Part shown: positions 52,336-62,012 of the stretch, piece after piece
How positions within the stretch are numbered: the first letter of the stretch is position 1
Layout: each line of letters opens with the position of its first letter
DNA from: an uncultured Methanosarcinales archaeon
GTDB taxonomy: Archaea > Nanobdellota > Nanobdellia > Woesearchaeales > GW2011-AR9
Length of the DNA stretch: 64,000 bases
Assembly (NCBI GenBank): GCA_964434885.1
Contig: CAYSWQ010000002.1
Span: 331 to 64,330 of the forward strand
Direction of reading: 5' to 3'
Notes under the pieces: model-generated
Seen by the model: only the letters and a program-made list of their open reading frames with translations
What the model was told of the DNA's origin: nothing
The model's database searches: none
Translations under genes and position numbers: made by a program

Positions 52336-52716
52336 ATGGCTAAAGAATTCAAATGGCAAGGAATGAATGAAGAAGAAATCAAAAAACTAGATTTAAAAGA
52401 ATTCATGAAATTAATTCCTTCCAGTAAAAGAAGATCTTTGAAAAGAGGTTTCACTGAAGCCCAAAAAACTTTCCTAAAAAAAGTTGAAGCTGGTGAAAAA
52501 AACTTAGAAACTCATTGCCGAAATATGATTATCCTACCTCAAATGATTGGATTACTAATTAAAGTTTACACTGGAAAAGATTTTGTTCCAGTTAGTGTCA
52601 CTCCAGAAATGATTGGACATCGTCTAGGCGATTTCGCTTTAACTAGAAAAGGTGTTTCCCATAGTGCCGCAGGAGTAGGAGCTACTCGATCCAGTAAAGC
52701 AGTTAGTGCAAGATAA
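52336..52716 (+). CDS. rps19: 30S ribosomal protein S19 (uS19)
   Basis: YTGKDFVPVSVTPEMIGHRLGDFALTRK. Confidence 0.92.
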   Translation: MAKEFKWQGMNEEEIKKLDLKEFMKLIPSSKRRSLKRGFTEAQKTFLKKVEAGEKNLETHCRNMIILPQMIGLLIKVYTGKDFVPVSVTPEMIGHRLGDFALTRKGVSHSAAGVGATRSSKAVSAR

Positions 52717-53422
52717 AAATAAAATGACAAATAAAAATAAAGTGGAACAGAACGAACATTTGGCTAAAGCTAGTGCCCAAAACTTATCTGTTTCTACCAA
52801 ACACTGTATTGAAATTTGCAATCACTTACGTTATAAAAATACTGCTCAAGCCAAAAAAATATTAGAAGATGTTATTGAAATGAAATCACCAATTCCTTTC
52901 AAAAGATTCAAACGAGATATGGGTCATAAAGCAGGAATGGCTGCTGGACGTTTTCCACAAAAAGCAGCTAAAGAAGTTTTAGCTTTAGTTAAATCTGTAG
53001 AAGCTAATGCTCAAAACAAAGGCTTAAACACCAATAGTTTAAAGATTACTAAATTTTTAGCTAACAAAGCTGCTACCCCTATGACTGGTGGTCGGCAAAG
53101 AACTGGTACTAAAAGAACTCATGTTGAAATTGAAGTTAAAGAAACAAAAACTCAAAAGAAAGAAGCTAAAAAGAAAACTGAGAAAAAATCAACTACAAAA
53201 CCTGAAGTTAAAAAAGAAGTAGAAAAGAAAGAAACTGAGAAAAAGGTTGCAGAAGAAAAACCAGCAGCTGAGAAAAAAACGGAAGAACCAGTCAAAGAGA
53301 CCCCTAAAGAAGAATCAAAAGATACTAATAATCAAGTTGAAGAGAAAAAAGAAACTGAAAAAACAGAAGATATTAAAAAAGAATCAAATCAACCAACAAA
53401 TACAGGTGAACAAGCAAAATGA
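52706..53422 (+). CDS. rpl22: 50S ribosomal protein L22 (uL22) with about 90-aa K/E/T-rich C-terminal extension
   Basis: The N-terminal 150 aa match uL22 (ASAQNLSVSTKHCIEICNHLRYK...). The tail is KKEAKKKTEKKSTTKPEVKKE repeats. Confidence 0.88.
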   Translation: MQDKNKMTNKNKVEQNEHLAKASAQNLSVSTKHCIEICNHLRYKNTAQAKKILEDVIEMKSPIPFKRFKRDMGHKAGMAAGRFPQKAAKEVLALVKSVEANAQNKGLNTNSLKITKFLANKAATPMTGGRQRTGTKRTHVEIEVKETKTQKKEAKKKTEKKSTTKPEVKKEVEKKETEKKVAEEKPAAEKKTEEPVKETPKEESKDTNNQVEEKKETEKTEDIKKESNQPTNTGEQAK

Positions 53423-54294
53423 TGGAGAGAGACTTTATTGCACAGAAAACCAAGGAATTTCATATTAAGAAATACTTAGAAAACAAACTAAGTAATGTTG
53501 GTTTATCACAGATTAAATTAAAGAAGATTCCATTAGGAGAAAAAATAATTATTTTTACTTCCAGACCAAGTTTAGTTGTTGGTTCCAAAGGAGCAAACAT
53601 CAAAGATTTAACTAAATACTTGAAAAAAGAATTCAAATTAGAAAATCCTCAAATTGAAATTAATGAAATCAAAGATATCTTCCTCGATGCTAATGTAGTT
53701 GCGGAAAGAATCGCTTATTCCTTAGAAAGATTTGGTTCTGCCAGATTCAAAGGAGTAGGTCATAAAACTATTGAAAATGTTATGAAAGCTGGTGCTCTAG
53801 GAATTGAGATTATTATCTCTGGAAAAATCCCTGGAGCTCGAGCTAAATCTTGGAGATTCTACCAAGGTTATTTGAAAAAATGTGGGGACATTGCTATTAC
53901 TGGAGTAAGTAAAGCTAAAAAGATTGCTGCTCTAAAAAGTGGAATTATTGGCATCAAAGTAAGCATTATGCCCCCAGACATTCACTTACCTGATAAGATC
54001 AAAGTTTTAGAAGAACCAACTGAAGAAGTAGTTGAAGAAGTAACTGAAAAGAAAAAGAAAACTACTAAGAAAAAAGCTACTAAAAAACAAGAAAAGGAAG
54101 TTGAAGAACCTGTTGAGAAAGAACCTGCTCAAAAAGAAGAATCAACCGAAGAACTTGTTGAAGAAAAACCAGTAGAAGAATCAGTTGAAAAAAATGAAAC
54201 TGAAGAAAAAATTGTTGAAGAACCTAAAGAAGAAACTGAAACAATTGAAAAAGAAAAAAATACTGAAGCTGAAAACAAAACTGAAACAAAATGA
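53419..54294 (+). CDS. rps3: 30S ribosomal protein S3 (uS3) with about 90-aa E/K-rich C-terminal extension
   Basis: KH domain and GIEIIISGKIPGARAKSWRF, then a low-complexity acidic tail. Confidence 0.9.
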   Translation: MMERDFIAQKTKEFHIKKYLENKLSNVGLSQIKLKKIPLGEKIIIFTSRPSLVVGSKGANIKDLTKYLKKEFKLENPQIEINEIKDIFLDANVVAERIAYSLERFGSARFKGVGHKTIENVMKAGALGIEIIISGKIPGARAKSWRFYQGYLKKCGDIAITGVSKAKKIAALKSGIIGIKVSIMPPDIHLPDKIKVLEEPTEEVVEEVTEKKKKTTKKKATKKQEKEVEEPVEKEPAQKEESTEELVEEKPVEESVEKNETEEKIVEEPKEETETIEKEKNTEAENKTETK

Positions 54295-54494
54295 AGATTA
54301 CTAAAGAATTTCGCAACCTAGGAACTGAAGAAATCAAAAAGAGAATCCAAGAGTTGAAAAAGGAATTGATGAAAGATAATGTTCATATTGCTTCCGGAAC
54401 TGCTCCCACTAATCCTGGAAAAGTTCGACAAAATAAAAAGAACATTGCCCGTTTATTAACTATATTAAAACAAAAAGAGGTACAAAAAAGATAA
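54291..54494 (+). CDS. rpl29: 50S ribosomal protein L29 (uL29)
   Basis: 67 aa, ELRNLGTEEIKKRIQELKKEL. Confidence 0.88.
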   Translation: MKITKEFRNLGTEEIKKRIQELKKELMKDNVHIASGTAPTNPGKVRQNKKNIARLLTILKQKEVQKR

Positions 54495-54799
54495 TGGCAG
54501 AAATATGTTCAAAATGCGGACTTCCTCAAGACATCTGTGTCTGTGAGACAATTGCTAGAGAACAACAAAAAATCGAAATCAAGGTGGAAAAAAGAAAATT
54601 CGGAAAAAAATACACAGTAATCACTGGCTTGGAAAAAGAAGTCAATCTTAATGACATCGCCAAAAAACTCAAAGCCAAATTTGCCTGCGGAGGAACTTCA
54701 AAATCAGGTCAAATCGAGTTACAAGGTGACCACAAAGTCAGAATCAAACCAGTCATGGTTGAATTGGGTTTTCCCGAAGAAACTATTGAAATCAAATGA
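54494..54799 (+). CDS. translation initiation factor 1 (eIF1/SUI1 family)
   Basis: CSKCGLPQDICVC zinc-ribbon N-terminus plus a SUI1 domain (KKLKAKFACGGTSKSGQIELQGDH). Confidence 0.85.
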   Translation: MAEICSKCGLPQDICVCETIAREQQKIEIKVEKRKFGKKYTVITGLEKEVNLNDIAKKLKAKFACGGTSKSGQIELQGDHKVRIKPVMVELGFPEETIEIK

Positions 54800-55032
54800 A
54801 AACATACCCATATGAACTGATTGGTAAAAAAATAACAATAATAAAATCAAAAAACAAAGACAACCTCAAGATCAGCGGAAAGATTGTTGATGAAACAAAA
54901 CATACCATCAAAGTCTCCCATCAGGGAAAAATAAAAACTTTGATGAAAAACAACATCACTTTCCAAATAAAAGATCTCATCATCGAGGGAAAAACAATCA
55001 CTAAACGACCGGAAGAAAGAGTCAAAGGATAA
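54796..55032 (+). CDS. rnp1: RNase P protein component 1 (Rpp29/Pop4-like)
   Basis: 78 aa, ELIGKKITIIKSKNKDNLKISGKIVDETKHTIKV Sm-like fold, conserved position between L29 and S17. Confidence 0.7.
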   Translation: MKTYPYELIGKKITIIKSKNKDNLKISGKIVDETKHTIKVSHQGKIKTLMKNNITFQIKDLIIEGKTITKRPEERVKG

Positions 55033-55036
55033 CAAA

Positions 55037-55405
55037 ATGAAAAAAGAAATATTGGGCGCCAAAGCACCAAAGAAAAAATGTACTGACAAAAACTGTCCTT
55101 TTCATGGACAACTATCTGTTAAACCAGAAGTATTCCGTGGATTCATCATTAAAAAAGATGCCAATCATTCCGCCACTTTAGAATGGAAAAGAATTCATAA
55201 CATTCCAAAATATGAAAGATACGAAATTAGAAGATCTCGTTTAAGAATTCATAATCCTGCTTGTATTGATGCACAAATTGGACAAGAAGTCATGGTTGCC
55301 AAAACAAGACCATTAAGTAAAACTAAAAATCATGTGATAATTAAAATAATCCAAGAAAAAGAAACTAAAACCAACAAAAAAACAGAAAAAAATGAAAGCA
55401 GTTAA
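55037..55405 (+). CDS. rps17: 30S ribosomal protein S17 (uS17)
   Basis: CTDKNCPFHGQLSVKPEVFRGFIIKKD. Confidence 0.9.
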   Translation: MKKEILGAKAPKKKCTDKNCPFHGQLSVKPEVFRGFIIKKDANHSATLEWKRIHNIPKYERYEIRRSRLRIHNPACIDAQIGQEVMVAKTRPLSKTKNHVIIKIIQEKETKTNKKTEKNESS

Positions 55406-55793
55406 AGCTAATACCACAAGAGGTTTGCCTTTCGGCGCCTATGTACCAACCTGCGATAACAGCGGGGCTAAGATGATTAGAATTATCTCGGTTAAAAGAC
55501 ATAAAACAGTTAAAGGTAGAATTTCAGCTGCCGGTGTTGGAGATATGGTTTTGGCTTCAGTAAAAAAAGGAAAAGTTGGAATCAGAAAAACTGTTGTTCC
55601 TGCTATCATTGTTAGACAAAAGAAAGAATATCGTCGTGCTGATGGTACTCGAATAAAATTTGAAGATAATGCCGCAGTGGTCTTAAAAGATGAGAAAGGA
55701 AATCCCAAAGGAACTCTTTTAAAAGGACCAATTGCTAAAGAAGCATGTGAAAGATGGCCAGGAATAGCTAAATTAGCTACTATCGTCGTATAA
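55392..55793 (+). CDS. rpl14: 50S ribosomal protein L14 (uL14)
   Basis: CDNSGAKMIRIISVK...GDMVLASVKKG. Confidence 0.92.
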   Translation: MKAVKANTTRGLPFGAYVPTCDNSGAKMIRIISVKRHKTVKGRISAAGVGDMVLASVKKGKVGIRKTVVPAIIVRQKKEYRRADGTRIKFEDNAAVVLKDEKGNPKGTLLKGPIAKEACERWPGIAKLATIVV

Positions 55794-55794
55794 A

Positions 55795-56220
55795 ATGGAA
55801 AATCAAAAAATAACTAAAAGTGTACAACCTCGAAAACAACGTAAGTTTAGGTATAATGCTCCTTTACACTATCGACAAAAGTTTTTGCATGTTCATCTCT
55901 CTCCAGAATTAAGAAAAAAATACACTTTCCGCAATATTCAATTAAAAGTTGGAGATAATGCCAAGGTCTTAAGAGGTAATTTCAAGAAAAAAGAAGGGAA
56001 AGTTGAAAAAATAAACTTAAAAAGAGAACATGTATTAATTACTGGCTTAGAAAGAATCAAAAAAGAAGGGGCAAAAATGTTAGTTCCTTTTCACCCTAGT
56101 AATTTAATGATTACTGAATTAAATTTAGATGATAAAAAAAGAAAAGCTAAATTAGAAGGAAAAAATAAAACTCAAAAGAAGAAAGAAATCAAAATCAATA
56201 AACCAGAGGATAAAAAATGA
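55795..56220 (+). CDS. rpl24: 50S ribosomal protein L24 (uL24)
   Basis: KOW motif VGDNAKVLRGNFKKKEGKV. Confidence 0.88.
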   Translation: MENQKITKSVQPRKQRKFRYNAPLHYRQKFLHVHLSPELRKKYTFRNIQLKVGDNAKVLRGNFKKKEGKVEKINLKREHVLITGLERIKKEGAKMLVPFHPSNLMITELNLDDKKRKAKLEGKNKTQKKKEIKINKPEDKK

Positions 56221-56900
56221 AAAATCATTTAAAACGAATCGCTGCTCCAAAAACTTGGTCAATCGATCGGAAAGAATATACCTTTACCATTAAACCTAAT
56301 CCTGGACCTCACTCCACAAAATATTCTTTACCTTTGGGAATAATTTTAAGAGATGTTTTAGGTTATACTGCTACTCTTCGAGAAGCAAAAAAATTACTTA
56401 ACAACAACCAAGTTCTTGTTGATGGAAAAAGAAAAAAAGACACCCATTTGGCATTAGGTTTGTTTGATGTTTTAACTTTCTCCGACTTAAAAGAAAATTG
56501 GAGAGTATTGTATGATACCAAAGGTAGAATCATCTTAAAAAAGATTAAAGCAGAAGAAGGTAAATTAAAACCATGCAAAATTATTAACAAAACCAGATTA
56601 TCCAAAAACATTCAACTTAATTTACACGATGGTAAAAATATTCTAGCAGATTTAGATTTCAAGGGCAAAGTTGGAGATACAATTCTTATTGAATTACCAG
56701 CCCAAAAAATTAAAGAAATTATAGAATTGAAAAAAGATGCTTTTGTTTTTATCACTCAAGGTAAAAGAAGTGGAGATTCAGGAGTCTTAGAAGAACTTAA
56801 AGACAAACAAGCAATTTATCAAAAAGATAAACAAAAAATTGAAACTACAAAGAAATATCTTTTTGTCTTAGGGAATAAAAAACCAATAATCACATTATAA
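56217..56900 (+). CDS. rps4e: 30S ribosomal protein S4e
   Basis: MKNHLKRIAAPKTWSIDRKEYTF. Confidence 0.9.
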   Translation: MKNHLKRIAAPKTWSIDRKEYTFTIKPNPGPHSTKYSLPLGIILRDVLGYTATLREAKKLLNNNQVLVDGKRKKDTHLALGLFDVLTFSDLKENWRVLYDTKGRIILKKIKAEEGKLKPCKIINKTRLSKNIQLNLHDGKNILADLDFKGKVGDTILIELPAQKIKEIIELKKDAFVFITQGKRSGDSGVLEELKDKQAIYQKDKQKIETTKKYLFVLGNKKPIITL

Positions 56901-56902
56901 AA

Positions 56903-57457
56903 ATGGCTGAAGAAAATAAACCAGTGGAACAGAAACAAGAAACAAATAACTCTATTCCTAAGATGCGAGAAATAAAAATCAGTAGTCTATCCTTAAACAT
57001 CGGAGCTGGAAAAGACGAAAATAAATTAAAAAAAGGATTAAAATTATTGAAAAAAATAACTGGTCGAGCTCCAGTCAAAACAATCTCTAAAAAAAGAATT
57101 CCTGGATGGGGTTTAAGACCTGGATTGGCTATTGGTTGTCGAATTACCATTAGAAAAGATACAAATGCACTATTAAAAAGACTATTAGTTGCTAAAGATA
57201 ATACATTATCATTAAAAAATTTTGATCAAAATGGAAATTTTTCATTCGGTATCCCAGAATATATTGATATTGAAGGAATGGAATATGATCCTGAACTGAA
57301 GATAATGGGTTTAGAAGTAGCAGTTACCTTAGAAAGACCCGGTTATCGAATCAAAAAGAAGAAAATTAGAACTAAAAAAATTGGAAAGAATCACAAAATT
57401 ACCAAAGATGATGCTATTCAATTTATTAAAACCAAATTTAATGCTACAATAGAATAA
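56903..57457 (+). CDS. rpl5: 50S ribosomal protein L5 (uL5)
   Basis: [19 protein letters not shown]...[18 protein letters not shown]. Confidence 0.9.
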   Translation: MAEENKPVEQKQETNNSIPKMREIKISSLSLNIGAGKDENKLKKGLKLLKKITGRAPVKTISKKRIPGWGLRPGLAIGCRITIRKDTNALLKRLLVAKDNTLSLKNFDQNGNFSFGIPEYIDIEGMEYDPELKIMGLEVAVTLERPGYRIKKKKIRTKKIGKNHKITKDDAIQFIKTKFNATIE

Positions 57458-57458
57458 A

Positions 57459-57689
57459 ATGACAACCTCAAATCATAAAAAAGTTTTCAAGCAATTGAAC
57501 GCTAAACCAGTAAAAAAAGCTAAATTTATTAAGCACAACCAACCAAAAGAACGTTCCTGTGGAATTGCTTTAAGAAAATGTAAGCAATGTGGAAGGATGC
57601 GCTCACATATTAGAAAATACAAACTACATCTCTGCCGACAATGTTTCCGAGAAATGGCAGTAGAATTAGGTTTTAAGAAATTTAGCTAG
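57459..57689 (+). CDS. rps14: 30S ribosomal protein S14 (uS14, zinc type)
   Basis: [25 protein letters not shown]. Confidence 0.88.
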   Translation: MTTSNHKKVFKQLNAKPVKKAKFIKHNQPKERSCGIALRKCKQCGRMRSHIRKYKLHLCRQCFREMAVELGFKKFS

Positions 57690-57698
57690 GTGAAAAAA

Positions 57699-58088
57699 AT
57701 GTTAAATGACCCATTGGCTGCGGCCTTATCAAAAATCTTGAACGCGGAAAAAAGAAGCAAGAAAGAAGTATTAATTAAACCAATTTCCAAAACCATCAAA
57801 ACAGTCTTAACTATTATGAATGAAAATAATTTTATTGGTTCATTCGAAGAAGTAGAAGACGGAAAAGGAAATTTCATCAAAATTAATTTATTAGGAAATA
57901 TTAACAAATGTGGTGTAATCAAACCTCGGTTTTCAACTAAAAAGAACCAGTTTGAGAAATGGGAAAAACGTTACCTCCCAGCAAAAGATTTTGGAATGGT
58001 GATTATCTCTACCCCTTTCGGAATTATGACCCACTACCAAGCTAAAGAAAAAAACACAGGAGGTAAGTTATTAGCTTACTGTTATTAA
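57699..58088 (+). CDS. rps8: 30S ribosomal protein S8 (uS8)
   Basis: MLNDPLAAALSKILNAEKRSKKEV. The ATG at 57699 is preceded by AGGTGA, while the listed 57690 start is GTG. Confidence 0.9.
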   Translation: MLNDPLAAALSKILNAEKRSKKEVLIKPISKTIKTVLTIMNENNFIGSFEEVEDGKGNFIKINLLGNINKCGVIKPRFSTKKNQFEKWEKRYLPAKDFGMVIISTPFGIMTHYQAKEKNTGGKLLAYCY

Positions 58089-58089
58089 A

Positions 58090-58641
58090 ATGAAAGAAAA
58101 TATCAACCTAGAAATTGAAATTCCAAGTGGAGTAGAAGTTACTCTAGATGGAAAAATCAAAGTGGTTGGTCCACAAGGAGAAGTAGAAAAAGAAATTAAT
58201 CATCCTAAAATCCAAATCAAAAAAGAAGAAAACAAAATTACAATTGCTTGTAAAAATGCTACTAAAAAAGAAAAGAAAATTATTCATGCCTTCAGAGCTC
58301 ATTTAAACAACATGCTTTCTGGGGTACAAGAAAAATTTATCTATAAAATAAAAGTTTGTTCTGGACATTTTCCAATGAATGTAGCTGTTTCCAATAATCA
58401 ATTAACAATCAAAAACTTTTTAGGAGAAAATACTCCTCGTGTTTTAAATTTAAAACCTGGGGCAGATGTAAAAGTAGAAGGAGATATTATTGTTGTTAGT
58501 GCTGTTTCCAAAGAATTAGCTGGACAAGTAGCTGCTGATATTGAACAATTAACTAAAGTTAATAACAAAGACATCAGAATCTTCCAAGATGGCTGTTATA
58601 TTATTGAAAAACCTGGAAAGGTATTAGATCAAGAAAAATGA
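58090..58641 (+). CDS. rpl6: 50S ribosomal protein L6 (uL6)
   Basis: Two-domain L6 pattern, operon position. Confidence 0.9.
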   Translation: MKENINLEIEIPSGVEVTLDGKIKVVGPQGEVEKEINHPKIQIKKEENKITIACKNATKKEKKIIHAFRAHLNNMLSGVQEKFIYKIKVCSGHFPMNVAVSNNQLTIKNFLGENTPRVLNLKPGADVKVEGDIIVVSAVSKELAGQVAADIEQLTKVNNKDIRIFQDGCYIIEKPGKVLDQEK

Positions 58642-59273
58642 AAGAATTATTAGAATTGAGAAATCGTAGAAATAAGAAAAAACCAGCTTTTGTTAGAAAA
58701 GACACCCATATCAAAGCTAAAGTTAAAGCTAATTGGAGAAAACCAAGAGGAAAACATTCTCCAGTTCGAGAACAACACAAAGGCAGACCTAAGTTAGTTT
58801 CTCCAGGATATGGTGCTCCTAAAGCAGTTCGTCATTTACATCATTCTGGATTAAAGATAGTCCAAGTTAAAAATTTAGTTGACTTAGACAATATCAACCC
58901 TGAAAAAGAAGGAGTTATGCTTGCTAAAACAACAGGAATTAGAAAAAGAATAGAAGTGATAAAAATCGCTTTAGAAAAAAAATTAACTATCTTAAATTTA
59001 AAAGAACCTCAACAATATTTAGATACTCTAGCCGCTGAATTTAAAAAGAGGCAAGAATCTAAAAAGAAAAAGTTAACTGAAAAAGAAAAGAAAGAAGAAG
59101 AGAAAAAGAAAAAAGCTACTGAAAAAGAAGAGAAAGATAAAAAAGTAGAAGCAAAAAAAGAAAAATCTACTGAAAAAGAAGAAAAAGTAGCTGATGAGAA
59201 AAAAGAAACTCCTATTGAAAAAGAAAAAGTTGAGAAAAAGAAAATTGAAAAAACTTTGATAAAAAAACAATAA
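58638..59273 (+). CDS. rpl32e: 50S ribosomal protein L32e with K/E-rich C-terminal extension
   Basis: KKKPAFVRKDTHIKAKVKANWRKPRGKHS. Confidence 0.88.
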   Translation: MKELLELRNRRNKKKPAFVRKDTHIKAKVKANWRKPRGKHSPVREQHKGRPKLVSPGYGAPKAVRHLHHSGLKIVQVKNLVDLDNINPEKEGVMLAKTTGIRKRIEVIKIALEKKLTILNLKEPQQYLDTLAAEFKKRQESKKKKLTEKEKKEEEKKKKATEKEEKDKKVEAKKEKSTEKEEKVADEKKETPIEKEKVEKKKIEKTLIKKQ

Positions 59274-59280
59274 TTAAACA

Positions 59281-59721
59281 ATGAAAAGCAAAAAAAGACT
59301 AGCTGCGGAAATCCTGAAGACTTCACCTAAGAAGATTAAGTTTCTTAGAAGTGCTCTAGAAGATATCAAAAAAGCAATCACTCGTTCAGACATCCGTGGT
59401 TTGATCGCTACCAAACAAATCACCAAATCAAAAAAACCTCAACAATCTAGATTCAGAGCTAGAAAAATAGCTACTCAAAAAAAGAAAGGTCGTCAAAAAG
59501 GCCATGGTAGTAGGAAAGGTAAAAAACATGCAACCATTACTCGAAAAGAAAAATGGATGATTAAAGTTAGAGTTCAAAGAAGATTCCTTAAACTATTAAG
59601 AGAAAAAGAATTGATCACTCCACAAAAATATCGGTTGATTTATTCCAAAATCAAAGGTGGTTTCTTCAGAAACAAAAGACACTTAAAATTTTATTTAGAG
59701 GAAAATAAACTACTAAAATGA
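59281..59721 (+). CDS. rpl19e: 50S ribosomal protein L19e
   Basis: MKSKKRLAAEILKTSPKKIKF. Confidence 0.88.
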   Translation: MKSKKRLAAEILKTSPKKIKFLRSALEDIKKAITRSDIRGLIATKQITKSKKPQQSRFRARKIATQKKKGRQKGHGSRKGKKHATITRKEKWMIKVRVQRRFLKLLREKELITPQKYRLIYSKIKGGFFRNKRHLKFYLEENKLLK

Positions 59722-60209
59722 CTAGTAAAAAACCAAAAACAATCCCTGTACGTCGTAAAAGAGAAGGTAAAACAGACTTTAAGAAAAGACTACATCTTTT
59801 ATTAGCTAAAAAACCAAGATTAGTTATTCGAACTACTAATCAATCAATCATTGCTCAAATTATTGATTTTAAACCAAAAGGAGATATAGTTTTAGCTGGA
59901 GTATCCTCTACCGCATTAAAGAAAAAAGGTTGGACTTACTCTTTCAAGAACTTACCTGCTGCTTACTTGACTGGTTATTTAATTGGAAAAAAAGCAATAG
60001 AAAAAGATATCCAAGAAGCAATCTTAGATTCTGGTTTCAAATCTCCAATTAAAGGAAATAAAATTTATGCTTGTCTAAAAGGAGCTATCGATGCTGGGTT
60101 AAAAATCCCTCACTCGCCTGAAATTTTCCCTTCAGAAGAAAGAATCTCTGGACAACATATTAATGAAAAAATAACAGAATTATTTAAAAAATTAAAAAGT
60201 GAACTATAA
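59718..60209 (+). CDS. rpl18: 50S ribosomal protein L18 (uL18)
   Basis: RREGKTDFKKRLHLL...PRLVIRTTNQSIIAQII. Confidence 0.9.
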   Translation: MTSKKPKTIPVRRKREGKTDFKKRLHLLLAKKPRLVIRTTNQSIIAQIIDFKPKGDIVLAGVSSTALKKKGWTYSFKNLPAAYLTGYLIGKKAIEKDIQEAILDSGFKSPIKGNKIYACLKGAIDAGLKIPHSPEIFPSEERISGQHINEKITELFKKLKSEL

Positions 60210-60211
60210 AT

Positions 60212-61060
60212 ATGGTACCAACAAAACAAAACAATAGAAAAAAAGCACCACGAAAAACTGCTCAAGAAGAAAAGGAAGAAAGAATTGATTCCTGGAAACC
60301 AAAAACTGCTTTGGGTAAAAAAGTCAAAGAAGGATTGGTTACTGATCTAGATGAAGTTTTCAATAGTGGAGAAAAAATTCTAGAAGCAGAAATAGTTGAT
60401 GTTTTAATGCCAGATATGGAAACTGATTTACTTTTAATTGGTCAAGCCAAAGGAAAGTTTGGTGGAGGAAAAAGAAGAATCTTCCGACAAACTCAGAAAA
60501 AAACAAAAGAAGGTAATAAAATTCAATTCATGACTTGTGGTTTAGTGGGAAATAAAAATGGTTTTATTGGAGTAGATATTGGAAAATCAAAAGAAACAGT
60601 TCCTGCTCGAGATAAATCTATCAGAAAAGCAAAACTTAAATTAATTAAAGTTAGAAGAGGATGTGGTTGTTGGGAATGTAATTGTGGCGAACCTCACTCT
60701 TTACCTTTTAGTATTGAAGGAAAATGTGGTTCATCCATTATCAAATTAATCCCTGCACCAAAAGGAAAAGGTTTGTGTATTGAAAAAGAATGTGCTAAAA
60801 TATTACAGATGGCCGGAATTAAAGATGTTTGGAGTAAAACTCAAGGCCAAACAAAAACTAAACTTAATTTAATTAAAGCCATGATGAAAGCTTTATCTAA
60901 TTTAACTGAAATGAAAGTTCAATCCAATCACCAAAAATGTTTAGGTTTAGTAGAAGGAAAAATAAAACCAGTAATTTCTGAAAAAGAATTTTTAGAAGCA
61001 GCTGGAGAAGAAGTACAAAAAGAAGAAAAAGACAAATCTGAGAAAACTAAAGAAGAATAA
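60212..61060 (+). CDS. rps5: 30S ribosomal protein S5 (uS5)
   Basis: VRRGCGCWECNCGEPHSLPF, the archaeal S5 C4 motif, and a dsRBD. Confidence 0.92.
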   Translation: MVPTKQNNRKKAPRKTAQEEKEERIDSWKPKTALGKKVKEGLVTDLDEVFNSGEKILEAEIVDVLMPDMETDLLLIGQAKGKFGGGKRRIFRQTQKKTKEGNKIQFMTCGLVGNKNGFIGVDIGKSKETVPARDKSIRKAKLKLIKVRRGCGCWECNCGEPHSLPFSIEGKCGSSIIKLIPAPKGKGLCIEKECAKILQMAGIKDVWSKTQGQTKTKLNLIKAMMKALSNLTEMKVQSNHQKCLGLVEGKIKPVISEKEFLEAAGEEVQKEEKDKSEKTKEE

Positions 61061-61061
61061 A

Positions 61062-61598
61062 ATGGAAAACGAACAAATAGTTGAGGAAAAGAAAACTGAT
61101 GCTCCAGTCTTAGAAAAGAAAGAAGCTGAAAAAACAGAAAATAAAGAAAAAGTTAAATCTCCTCAATCTAATAAAAAAATTGCAGTTATTCTAGTACGTG
61201 GCTTAGTTAATGTTAAAGAAACTGTAAAAGATACTCTTAAGATGTTAAGATTAACAAGAAAAAATCATTGTGTTATCTTAGACAATACTCCTATCAATAT
61301 GGGAATGATCAAAAAAGCTAAAGACTACATTACTTGGGGAGAAATTGATGATCAAACTCAAGCTGAATTAATCTCTAAACGAAGTCAAGCCTACGAAGGT
61401 CCAGAGACTTGTTCCAAAGGCAAAATAAAATATAACAAATTTTTTGTACATGAAGGTAAAAAATATAAAAAATATTTCCGTCTTAATCCTCCTAGAAAAG
61501 GTTTCGGCCGTAAAGGAATTAAGATTCCATTTAAAGTTGGTGGAGGAATTGGTTATCGTGGAGAAAAAATCAACGAATTAATCAAAAATATGCTTTAA
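61062..61598 (+). CDS. rpl30: 50S ribosomal protein L30 (uL30) with N-terminal K/E-rich extension
   Basis: IAVILVRGLVNVKETVKDTLKMLRLTRKNHCVI. Confidence 0.88.
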   Translation: MENEQIVEEKKTDAPVLEKKEAEKTENKEKVKSPQSNKKIAVILVRGLVNVKETVKDTLKMLRLTRKNHCVILDNTPINMGMIKKAKDYITWGEIDDQTQAELISKRSQAYEGPETCSKGKIKYNKFFVHEGKKYKKYFRLNPPRKGFGRKGIKIPFKVGGGIGYRGEKINELIKNML

Positions 61599-61599
61599 A

Positions 61600-62010
61600 A
61601 TGACTATCAACAAAAGAAAAAAAGTTGTTAAGTACCGAGGAACTACTTACCATGGAGCTGGCCATCGAAAGAAAAGACGAGGGGCCGGTAGCCGAGGAGG
61701 AAGAGGTAGAGCTGGTTCTGGAAAAAGAGGTAAAGCTAAAAAACAGTCTTGGGAACCTCTTGGAAAGAAAGGTTTTTCAGGTAGAAATTCAAAATTAAAA
61801 ACAATCAATGTTAGTGCTTTATCTAACTTAGCTGCAGGTAAAGAAGAAATTGATTTAACTGCTTTAAAATATGATAAATTATTAGGTACTGGAAATATTA
61901 AAACCAAACTTAATGTTAAAGTTAATAAATTCAGTAAGAAAGCAGAAGAAAAGATCAAAGCTGCTGGCGGATCTATTGTTTCTGCTGAAAAAAAAGAAGT
62001 TGAGGAATAA
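61600..62010 (+). CDS. rpl15: 50S ribosomal protein L15 (uL15)
   Basis: GAGHRKKRRGAGSRGGRGRAGSGKRG. Confidence 0.9.
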   Translation: MTINKRKKVVKYRGTTYHGAGHRKKRRGAGSRGGRGRAGSGKRGKAKKQSWEPLGKKGFSGRNSKLKTINVSALSNLAAGKEEIDLTALKYDKLLGTGNIKTKLNVKVNKFSKKAEEKIKAAGGSIVSAEKKEVEE

Positions 62011-62012
62011 AT

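Noticed and set aside
59009-59326. Antisense ORFs (105 aa and 65 aa) over the L32e 3' region
   Set aside because: Produced by the K/E-rich low-complexity coding repeat of L32e read on the opposite strand (poly-F/S).
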